A stretch of DNA of 64,000 nt from assembly GCF_036321535.1 (NCBI RefSeq), contig NC_087438.1, positions 4,342,001-4,406,000 of the forward strand. Direction: 5' to 3'. The number at the start of each line of letters is the position of its first letter. Position 1 is the stretch's first letter. Source of the stretch: Camelus dromedarius. Taxonomy: Eukaryota. Below, in pieces: positions 10,496-21,949 of the stretch. The notes under the pieces are model-generated. The model was given only the letters and a program-made list of their open reading frames with translations, ran no database searches and had not been told where the DNA came from. The translations under genes were made by a program, and so were the position numbers.

Positions 10496-13400
10496 CGGGG
10501 AGGCTGTGATGTGTGTCTTAGGGGGAGGGGGAGGGCATGGCAGTGTCCTCACCCCCAACCCGTGCTCAAGTAGATGAAGTCAACTGACCCCAATAACTGG
10601 CACCCCAGGGTGCGGGAGGCGGGGGGACACAGGTCACCGAGGAAGGTGACCGGAGGGGTCTCAGGGAGCAGCGAGCCTCTGGGGCGGGGGAGGGGGCATT
10701 TTCAAGCACAGGGAACAGGGGGTGTGGGAAAGGCCAAACCCAGGGCAAGCAGGAACTTTGCCAAAGAGAGGGGACAATCGGGCCTGAGAGGGGAAATGAG
10801 GGCTGGATGCCACCTCCCTGTCGTCAGCCCAGGACTGGCCCTGGGCTCGGATGTGGGGAGTTCACCACACATGCCTGATGTGGGTGGAACGACTGACGTC
10901 AGGCAGAAAGGATCCACATCTCAACGTGAGTGCTTCCGCTACCTCTCAAAAATTGGATTCGCAGAAATGTTCTGCCCTGCAACACGACACTCTACCACCT
11001 AAATTCCTCTATTCCAAAGCCAAATGTTGTTTCTGTAATGAGTTTGAAAATAAAAGAAAAATATTAGGAAACATTCTTCATGAATTCTGAGAAGGATATT
11101 ATTCTGTTCGGAGGCATCCTAATTATAAAGCTACACGATAAACCTCAATCCCAGCAGTTACCCTTCTCTATCAGGCAGATGGTAATTGCTTTAAAAATAT
11201 ATATATATATGTGCACAACTCATGGCTTATCTATTTAAGTTATCTGTTTTGAGGAAGGAACATCTATCTTCTTAAGTTGCCTAATTTTTTATTCTGCAGA
11301 GGCTCACTCCGAATAAAATCTCCTTTCAAGAAAAATATTGCTGCCTGGATGAAAAAGCAGCACTAAAATGTAGAATATTTTCTCAGAAAAGATGAGATTG
11401 TAAAATGACAGATTCAGAGGGAGGTCTTACTCTCAGAGGGAGTTTTCCCTCCCCAGCTACTGAAGATGCAAAGAGCAGCGTGAAGTTTTTGGCGGTTCTG
11501 CTGCCCAGGCTCAGGTGCCCTGGGCAGGTCAGGGTGGGGGTGGCCTCTGGGCTCATCCAGACCCCAGGAGAAGGATGGAGGGTTCCAGACATTTTAGGAG
11601 TAACTCAGTGCCAATTACCCCCAAGGTCATAGAGGACCATCCCCTTTCTTTAAAAGATGGTTTCCTATCGAAGTCTCCAGACATACCCCAGGATAACGCC
11701 TTCCGACCTATAAAATGTTTCTTGGAAACAAATTATTTTATGGTGTGTGGGATGGGGAGATGGGTTACATTGTACCAGCAGAAGACAATGTAGGGCAGAA
11801 TTTTAACACTGCAGACCAAAGCCTACTGGAAAGGAGTGAAGTCAATTGAGCATCTTCTAAAAAAGGAAATCATAGAACAGACCAGCCTGGACCAGGACAG
11901 GACAGGTAAGAAAATACCCCACTGCCTTGCACATAGGAAAGGTGAGCAGGCCTTGCAAACCTTCCATCCTCTCGGAGTTAATCCACTCTGGGTTTTCACA
12001 CACCAGTCACCCACCCTCTGGGCAGAAGGGTACTGCCCTTGAGCTTTGTGTGCTGAGACCAAAAACACTGGAACTGTGAGAAAGTGACCTCGAGAGCACG
12101 TGTCACAGTGCAGGAAGTTCCCAAAAGCTCTCTGGGACACAGCGGCCGTGGTCCTGTAGGAAAGTGCCTTACCTCTGCTCGTGTGCCCTACACCAGCAAA
12201 CAGGCCAGCCTGCGTTGTCTGTTGACTCAGGAGCTGGTTTCAATCGAAGGACAAGTCTGAGGCAAAGAGGAAAAGGATGGTTACAATATCACTGTGCACC
12301 AAAACATAGCACCTTTTTAAACATGAAAGCGGGACATTTTAGATGTTTTCCGAAGGAGTCCCTTCAGTGAATTTGCTCTAGACTTTTCCCATCATTGCTC
12401 ATGTGTATGTCACAGCCCACTTGCACATCCCATGTGTCCAAAACACATCAGTTTCTTGCAGAAAAGTTCATAATTTCAATTTACATTTTTAACAAGATAA
12501 AGGACAAAATGAAACCCGAATATGGGTCCCGAGGTATACAGGCAACTCAGAGTCAGCTGTGGAAATTCAATACAGCATTGTCAATCAGCTGTACTTCCAA
12601 TTAAAAAATTAAGTAGAAAAAGCTGTATCTTTCACTCCCAAGATGAATATTTGCCGTCTCAAACTAGCATCATCCCTTCCCCTCCCCCAATATCTTGCTT
12701 CCATTCGAGTGAACAAACATTCTTGCACTTTGGGATCCTATCAGGTTTTAAAATCATGATGGAACAGAAACAGACTTACACCTTAATTACGGCCTCTGTG
12801 TTCCATCAAAATCAGCATCGTGTTTGAGAATGGCCTTTCCCACCTTTCTTCCCCAGTTCACGGTCACTCTAAACTAAGCAAGGATTCATTCCTCTCCACC
12901 CCCAGCCCTTTCTGTGTATTTGATAGTATTCGGTGCCAGGGTTCTCTTGTTATCTGATTTGTCTGTCTGTCGAAGGGGCTCTTGTCATACACTTTAGGAT
13001 AAAACTCTTTCTTAAACTCTATGTCAGGAATTCCGGGAAAACATCTGAGCTCAGAGACCCAGCATGGCACGGTCTTGGCTGCCAAGCAGCAGTCTTGACT
13101 CACTCCAGGGTGAGCAGTCAGTGGCGGCATCTCTTCCACAAATCAGCCAGCCATTCGTGTGGTCACATCCTCCCCAGAACTCAGGATTTCTCAGGGACAG
13201 GTTTACCAAGCTGAGATATAATCCCCTGCTTCAAAAGCAAAGGGGGGCCATATACACTGAGAGAACAACAAAATGATGACTCAGACGAGGCTCTCGCCCC
13301 TCCCTGTCTGCAGTGCCTGGACTTCGCCACCAGGATCACCACACCCATACGTTTCTGGTGGGGCAGCATCACTGGTGGGGATTGCTTTCATCAGGTCACA

Positions 13401-14079
13401 GGCTTTCCTATTTAAATACTCATTCTTCAATAATTCGTTTATGCACGTATTCAATCATTCAAGAAAAATATGTTCAGAGATGCCATCCACTGAAAGGCAG
13501 CAGAATGAATTTCATCGCACGTTGCTTTTGAAGACACTCATTACATGTCCTGAAAGCGCTTTTTCTGTGTTTAGCTTTGCTTCCTCAGATGTGAGCTCTG
13601 AGGTCAGGTTGCTTCCCCCCAGGTGTCTGGTGGTGTTTTATTCTCTGTACATACGTGACTGCCCAGGAGTCCCTGCTCACCCCCGGGGAGGGCAGATTCT
13701 GAACTTCCTGTCTTCCATGATTGCGGGTGAGGGGCCTGCTTCCAGAAGGAGTAAACTGGTACTGATCCAGGTAAGCGGCTTCCGACTCATCACAGCATCT
13801 CCAGCTGCACCCACGATTTCTCCCACGTTTGGGTGCATTTTCCAACGCTGCCCATTGTGGCACAGCCAGGATCACCTTGGTGACTGTCTGGAGTCCTCAT
13901 CCTGTTCTTTATCCTCATTCAGTCTGAAACACTTCCAACCTTCGTGGCAGAACTTTCATGCTGTGGATTCACTGGACTCCACTGACCGTCTGCTTCAATC
14001 TGCTCTTGTCTTTCAGGGATGCCTCCAAACTTCATGACCACTGACGAGCCTCCTTCTTGTCTCCTGGCAGTCATGCCCG

Positions 14080-14710
14080 GAGAGTGTAAAAGGTACAACC
14101 TACATGGATGACAGTTTAGACGTTTCTTGGGCAGTTAAACAACAGCCTTCGACCCAGCCATTCCACTTCTTATCGTAACCTGTGAGACGTGAAAACAGAT
14201 ATTCAAAAAGACTGGCACCTGAGTGTGCACAGAAACTATATACACAATGTTCAAAAGTGGAAGCAACCCAAATATCCTTTGACAGGAAGATGGATAAACA
14301 TATTGTGGTTCATTCATGCAGTGAATAGCACTGGTCAATAAAAACAAACGCTGACAGATACACAACGTGAGCAGATCTCACCATGAGATCATGGATTGAT
14401 TATGTATTGATTGATAGAAGCCAGATATAAAAGAGTACATGCTATATAATTCCATTAATATAAGGTTCAGAAACAAGCAAAACTACTTTACGATGATAGA
14501 AATCAGAACCAAGGGTGCCTTAGGTGGAGAGATAGTGTGGACCTGACCCCAAAGCAACGTAGGGGGTCTTTCTGTAGTGATGAAAATAGCCTTTATCTTG
14601 CTTGGAGTGTAAGTCACACAACCGCATACATTTTCCCAAACCCACTGAGTTGTGCAATTAAGATCTGTGCACTTCACTGCTTGTAAATTAATCCTCTATT
14701 TTTAAAATTT
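14080..14710 (+). mobile_element. Old L1 (L1M/L1ME-like) 3' region
   Basis: 'gacccagccattccacttct', 'ggataaacatattgtggttcattcatgcagtgaata', 'gaagccagatataaaagagtacatgc' are typical old L1 3' sequence. Confidence 0.75.
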
Positions 14711-15742
14711 TCAAAGATGACACTATCTTTGAGTACCAAATTTGCAGAGTTTATTTTTAATTATATTTTTCAAAGCAGACATGAGAGCAATAAGACATTT
14801 ATTGTCATTCTCTGCTGGTAAGATAAATAACAAAAAGAAAAAAAAAGTTCCAAAAATCCATTATATTCTAATGCTGTGAAAATGCATGCGATAAATATAA
14901 CATATGTTCTTGGTTTCAGCTAATTACAGTATTTCACTCACCATCCCTGAGCTGTGCCAGCAAGCAGACCTGACTTTCCTTTCTCTGAATACTACATCGG
15001 GACCTATATTTAGACCTAATATTTAAGGTAGGAATGAATAGAGATGCCATCTTGACACACAATATCAGCTGTCACCTCACACTTCCACACAACCAGAAAG
15101 TAACTGTCTTTGCCCCAAGCAAAGATGAAAAGGACAGGAAAGACGAGCTGATTATCTCTGGAAATCTCTCTAGGACCAAGCAGTTTCTTCCTCAGAAAAG
15201 AACGCGTGACTCATTTCATCAGTCAAGCGTGCCTTCAACTGCCAGAGAAAATCTAAATTCCGGAATTACAAAAGCCATCTAAGACTCTTTCTTCTCCTTC
15301 TCCGCTCAAAAGGCTAAGTAGAGCGCAAGAGGAAGCCCTCAGAGACTGTGACGGCGGTGGTTCACGCGGTCCTCCGGGCGGTGCACACATGGACCGCGGC
15401 TGGGCTGGACCGCCCAACTCCGGAGGCCGAGAGTGAGCAAAGGAGTGAGGATGCCCTGCTGGCTCCCGGCAGCTGCTGCTTCACTTCACAGCAGAGGTGA
15501 AGCGGCCGCGGGACGAGGCAGCGCTTGGGGACATCACCTCTGTGGCCATTCCCTCGCTGACCCACAGGTCCAGATCTAGCCCCCCCACCCCCACCAAGTC
15601 CCAGCTCTAGGAGGCGATTGGCCGGAACAGAAGGGTAGTACCCCGCTTTCCTTTGGCGTCCTCAGTACCCCTGTTTCTTCTTTGGTTTCCCAAACACTTC
15701 AGCACCTTTGTAACCAACTATCTGGATAATATAGCTTCTGTT

Positions 15743-16135
15743 GAGAGAAAGACACGTATCATATGATGTCACTTGCATGTGGAATCTGAAAAAAAAAAAA
15801 TTCTATTTACAAACCAAAGACAGACACACAGAAAGAGAAAACAAGCCATGGTTAACACAGGGGGAAAGATGGAGAGGGATAAATTAGAGGTTGGGGATTA
15901 GCAGAGACGCACTACTATATACAAAACATAGAAACAAGGACCTACTGTACAGCACAGGGAACTACATTCAATTTCTTGTAATAGCATCTAATGGAAAGGG
16001 ATCTGAAAAGAAAGAGTGTATGTATGTATAATGTACAACTGAATTGTTTTGCTGTACACCTGAAACTCATTAACATTATAAATTGACTGTATTTCAATAA
16101 AAAATTATATATATATATATATATATATTTATATC
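15743..16135 (+). mobile_element. L1 3' UTR with A/(TA)n tail
   Basis: 'tatcatatgatgtcacttgcatgtggaatct...cctactgtacagcacagggaactac...aattgactgtatttcaataaaaaa' then (TA)n. Confidence 0.85.
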
Positions 16136-18414
16136 CACTCTGAGATTCTGAAGGAAAAAAAATAAAATAAAAATAAATATCTTCTGTTGAAACACTTAGC
16201 ATATCTCTATGTTCCTGATCGGATTCTAACGAATTCAGGGCTTAGGAGCAGGAGTGGGTTCAAAGATTGATATGACTGACTAATGGCTTTGACCTTGAGC
16301 ACAATGATGGAGTCAATGCCGGTGGAAAATGGAAAACTGAGAATTCGCATAAAGCAGCAGCATCACCGTTCTGCAATGATTGCCACTTGCCTGAGACGTG
16401 GGACACACTGAAAGGAAGGTTTGGGGAAAGCAAGTACCTGCTGCGTTGGACTGTCATGGTAGAAATTGTGACGCCAGTGGAGAGGGGGAAGAGGGGGTCT
16501 CTGACCCGCGGAGAGAGAGCTGACAGAGGGAAACCAGCAAGCTCGGGGATGGGGGGCATCAGAGCAGGCAGAACACGCCTGACAGCCTGAAAGACTGCCA
16601 GAAGTCTTACAGCTGGAGGACAGGCAGCTCAGAACCCGGGCCACAGTTTGCCTCTTGAGGTTGCAGAATGATAAAGGGCATCGGATTCACAGCCTTGCCA
16701 ACGCACTGACGTGAGAGTCAGAGCAGCAACTGGGAAGAAACAGCGTCCTGACAATGAAACAAGCCCACTGGGTGACTCCGAAAGCTTTGAGAGCCTGCAG
16801 CCCTAACACCCCTCACCCGCAGAAGCAGTTTCTTTGCGTCTGAGAGAGAACCCCAGCTCCTGGGCTGGAAGGCCCTGTACTAGCCTCACCCAAGGCTGCA
16901 GTGGAAGGTCTGTTCTCTTCAAAGCTCACCCACCACCCCTCCCAGCCACCCCAGAGCCCAGCTCACCCCAAGGCCACACCTGCATGTCTGACCCAGGAGA
17001 GGAGAGTTTATCCTCCAAAGGAATTACAATACAGTGTGAGTTTATAACAGCATAAACCCATGTTCTCATCCGAAGGGCAGAGAGCAGAACCGCTCAGGCG
17101 CAGACCTGAGAAAAACACCTGGTAAAGATGATATGCATGCATGATCGGAGCCCCTTCACTGTACAGGTTCCTCCCTGAAATGAGCTATTACGTACGTGTG
17201 GTAAAGACTTCTAACTCACCCCCAGAATCCATGCCCCCCTGTTTCTTTCTAGTGAAGTTTAAGCTGACACGCATTATCCAGAGAGAAACTGCATTCCCTG
17301 GGCTGCCTTGGAGCTGGGTGCGGAATGGGCTCTGACTAAAATCGGTGTGTGTAACTTCCAGGGCACTTCGTTACAGTCATTTCCAGAATCAGCAAAAGGC
17401 AACAGCCAAAGCCACCATGGAGGCCACATGGTCCCTGCCTTGTCACAGCCAAGAGAAATAAACTTCTTATTCGAGCCTCTAGATTACATTTTATTAAATC
17501 AGCACAACCAGTGCTCTACCTAATACAAGACGTATTATTTTAAAATATAAACACTCCTATGTATTATTGAAATTTTTATGTGAATTAGTCTGATCAGGGT
17601 GTTTTCCTTCCAGAATCCTTGAAGTTCAGTCAAAGGTGGCTTGGTATATGGGATGCCGCCAACCCAGCCCCTACAGCAGTCACCCTTCATTGAGGGCCAC
17701 ATTCTTCTCAAAGCCCAACGTCAGTGCTTCTCAGCACAGCACCCCTGGTAGCTTCTACTAATGGACCAAGTTGGTTGAGGAGATAAAACCCACTTGCTCC
17801 TCTGCGTTAAGTTTGGATGGAAAACAGCAGACTGGGGTGGTCACTGAAGTGAAGGCTTTGAGAACGAAGAGCAGGTGAGGGCCCCTTGAGTCAGAGAGTG
17901 ATGGACAGTAGGTCAGGACAAGCACCACAGAGCAGGTGCTCTGTGCAGGCATGAATTCCGGCAGGGGGTCCACAGTGGAGAGACGTTCTGTAAGTCAGAG
18001 CTCTTGGTCGCGAACAACTGAGCTTATCGACCAAAGAGGAATGTACTAATGTCACTTGAATAATCTCCAGGATGATCTGAAATTTGATTTGGAACCCACA
18101 CAGCCTGAATGACATACCAAGTGACACCGCTGATCCACCCCAAGCAAGTCCTGCTCCAGCTGGGAGACAAGGACCCCAGACAGAAGCATCAACCCTGAGC
18201 TTGGCAGCCCCATGAGAAATAGCTGCTCCCGCCTGAAAGCTGGGTCCCCAGTTCACTCACCAGGACGAACCCCTATTCAGCCTCCATCTTCTAACCTGAA
18301 GTTCTACGTGGGGGCATCAGATTGGCTGCGGCCCGGTCCTGTGCCCAGCACCAGGGAAGCCTGGAAAAGCAAGGTTCTGGCCTCGAGGAGGTGAGGGCCA
18401 GAAGGACCTGCACT

Positions 18415-18790
18415 GCCACTGCGTAACAAATCGCCCCCAAACAGGGCGGCCTGCATCAGCAGTGTTCTTTCTTGCCTCTCCCAATCAATGCTCTTTCTTG
18501 TCCCTGGGGGTGACAGTCATTCAGGGCCCAGTGGGGACAGCTGGTTTCTTCTCCTCAATATCTTAGGGCCTCAGCTGGACGCCTCCAAGGCTGGGAGCCG
18601 GAATCACCTGTGTTCACTCACATCTGGTCCGTGCTGCTGGCTGTCTACAAAGGCGTTAGCTGGGACACCCACCCGTGTGGCCTCTTTAGTGAAGACTGGG
18701 CTTCCTCAAAACATGGCAGCTGGGTTCCCCAGGCACGCACCCTGACAGAAAACAGAGGGGCCCGTCCTCTTATGACACAGGCTACAGAAC
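18415..18790 (-). mobile_element. Old MLT1 (H/I-like) LTR
   Basis: 'ctgcgtaacaaatcgccccc...gggcctcagctgg...tgggcttcctcaaaacatggcagctgggttcc' resembles older MLT1 in reverse; subfamily uncertain. Confidence 0.55.
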
Positions 18791-19199
18791 ATGGCAGTGA
18801 GGAAAGCATTTTGATAGCACTGGGCAACGTGTCAGGACTGGGGCTCCGGGCCCCCTCTCGCACAACCTCCTGTGACTCTGGGCAAGATCCTCACCACCAT
18901 GACTTCAGAGGTCTGTGCTGCAAAAGGAAAAGCTGAGCTTTCAGTTAAATAACAAAATATGTGTGCATCCACTGTGGGTCTTGAGCAAATGCAGAAGTGA
19001 GGGTGGAATGTTTCTTGATGCCCTCAAGCTCTTTCCATTAGTGACTGCCAAAGAGTTTTCTATTCTGAGGGGTGCTCAGAGGGTGAAAAGACATCCTCCC
19101 TAGAACCCCAGGTCCACGAGGGCAAGATTTCCCGCACCACCGTCTCCCCAGTGACTGCGTGCAGTAGGTGCGCACAGAGCAATGGTCACAGCACCATTT

Positions 19200-19430
19200 G
19201 AAGCTGTCTGTCTGCATTTGAATCCTGGCTTCTCTGACCATTCACTGCATTATTTTGGACTAGTTACTTAATTTCTCTCTAAAATAGGGATAAACATAGT
19301 AACTACTTTTAAGAGCTGTTATGAAGATTCAGTGACTACATATATTATATACATATGCATATGTATATTTATAGTGCTTGGGGTGACACGTGAGTCGTGA
19401 AGTACCATCTAAGTGCTAGCACTGATGATT
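19200..19430 (+). mobile_element. MIR SINE
   Basis: 'tttgaatcctggcttctctgacc...ggactagttacttaatttctct...aaaatagggataa...gttatgaagatt' core-SINE pattern. Confidence 0.65.
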
Positions 19431-19527
19431 GATGAATGAATGCCGTAATAGGTCATGTGACCCAGAGTCATCAGAAATCAACACTATGCTGCCTTGCAGT
19501 GAATTCTTCTAGCAGAAAATGTTTTTG

Positions 19528-19740
19528 AGATGTGCAGATACTAACTACAATATATAAAATAGATAAACAACAAGTTTCTTCTGTACAGCACAGGGAACTA
19601 TATTCAGTATTTTGTAATAACCTATAACAAAAAGAGTATGAAGATGAATATTTGTATGGATATATATGACTGGAACATGATGCTGTACACCAGAACTTGA
19701 CACATTGTAAACTGACTATACTTCAATTTAAAAAAAAGGA
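19528..19740 (+). mobile_element. Young L1 3' end with poly-A
   Basis: 'gcagatactaactacaatatataaaatagataaacaacaag...aactgactatacttcaatttaaaaaaaa'. Confidence 0.85.
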
Positions 19741-21949
19741 AATGTTTTTGAATTTTGATAGTGATCTTAGCACCTTCATTCAAGAGAATAAACCATGTGT
19801 ATAAACTGGGGGGCTGATATTTTGAGCTAGTCTGGTTGATGCCTTTATGAGATTGGGGCTCATAAAAAAATAGGGCCAACTGGGAAAATTAGGATGCAGT
19901 CCTTTGAGGCAAAGAATAAAAGAGGCAAACCTAGTTCCTCACCTCTATATAAAAACTGCAACTGGAGACAGCTGGCCCCCGGCACCATTGACTCAAATGC
20001 CCATGGGAGCACTGTTGGCAGGTACAATGCAATTCCCAGATGATGGACGATTGTGAATAGCAGCTTCCCTCCCTCTCTCCCGTTCTTCTCTGCACGGTAG
20101 ATTGGCCTCAGGCCTCTGCAGAGATGCCCTAACCATTCCCTCTGCACCCCATCAGTACCTGCCAATGGAGGAGGAGCTAGAGACCCATAGCTGTCCTTAG
20201 AGATTATTTTATTGTACTAAATGCTCTGAACTCAGCTGTCTTAATATTGTAAACTTAATCTCCAATAAGATAATTGTTTAAAGTTTGCTAACATTTTTTC
20301 CTTATAACTACAATATACTCTTTTTCTAGGTATCCATTCATTCCTCTGATCATGTGGAACTTTCTAGAATCTCCTGGGATAGGAGGAGAGGGCCCTTCTT
20401 CTCACTGCTGCCCCTACCGTCCTGTCACTGAAGCAAATGTTTGGATCCATGGACTGGAGGATTGGGGAGGGGGTAAATTGAGAATGCCTACCCGTACTGA
20501 TGTAATAACTGTTACGGTTTCAATCTTCCTCCTTCCAGCCTTTTTTCCTATGCATAGTTTATGTAGTTGTAGCTGTATTGTGGATATAATTTTGGACTCT
20601 GCTTTCTTACTGAGAATTATTGTGTACATCATAAATATTTTCATTTTGCTATATAATCTTCATAACTATAGTTACTGCTGCATAATATTCTGTTATAAAT
20701 TTAGGTTGCTGCCAATTTTTAATTACCATTTGCCTTTAGCCCTTTAGAGCTGATCTGAGATGCTGAAAGTGTAACAGGCAGATAACAAGTAAGATGGCCA
20801 CTATCTCACATCTGGGTCAGTCTTGCTTTGGCCTCCTGTCCCAGAATCAGCATGAACTGTGATCCTTTCACTCTCAAGAAAAACCTGCATTCAGAAAATG
20901 AACTATATGGTCACCCTAGCAATACTTCCATTTGGAAATAAAGGCCTTACAGGTGGCTACCTGGGATTTCAGTTAAACCATTCCCAAACCAGACTGGATG
21001 CCATCCCTGCTCCAGATGGGAAATGTTTCTCTGAGGCCTTCCCCAAAACCAGCTGGTATGTGGGGATGAAAATCACACCTATGAAGCCTTTCTCCTTCCA
21101 CCTCCAGGACCGGGACTGACACCCCACCCCAGAAACCCTGCTGTGCAGTGTGCAGTCTGGGGCAGCTGGTCAACCCCAGCACCGGGCCTGGGGGCACGTG
21201 GACCAGGGTGTAGGTCCCAGCATGTGGCTGAGCTGGGCCAGTGATGCGCTTCTCTGAAACACAATTTCGCCACCAATAAAGTGGGTCAGATAAAACCCGA
21301 GAGGGCTTCTGTGGCCGTGACATGATAAATCGTGTGATGCCTGCCTGTCCCTACCAGTGTCACCTCTGGATCTACTCACATCCCCTCTTCCCACAGGTTA
21401 AATGAACTCGGGGTACTTTCCAGATAGGCACAGTCATTTTCCTGCTCAACCTCTCTTTAAAAGTCAGAGCTGGATAGAACGAGGTCACCGAAAAAGCCCA
21501 TGAGACCAGAACAACTAGCCTTCAGTCGGCTGCAGCCACATTTGGTCACCAGCCACTGGTCTTTACTAGCCGCTACTCTGCCCAGTCCCATTCATCTGAA
21601 AACAGCCTCTGCGGAAAGGCACCTTTGTATACAGTCGCCACTCCAGGGGACCGTGTCCCAGGATGCAGACGTGTCCTGCCCACTTGCCACAAGCCGATGA
21701 GGAGGCTGGCACCTGGCTCTCCTAGAGGAGACAACCCCAGAAAACCGACCTCCAGGCCCGGTAGATCTGTACTGATCTCCTCAATAGCCCAAAGAGTTAT
21801 TTTTCACAGTGAAAATTTTTAATAATTTGGAAGAAGTTTAAATGGTAAAGACATTTTTTTTAATCGTCGTGGTGGCATCAGCATGAACATGCTTTGCCAA
21901 TGAATTTAGAGGCTCCTCAGGATGAACGCCAAGCCAGGAACAGCGGCAA

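Noticed and set aside
13273..14037. 254-aa + strand ORF
   Set aside because: Ser/Leu/Phe-rich with no recognisable domain or codon bias; probably chance, though BLASTp or PhyloCSF would settle it.
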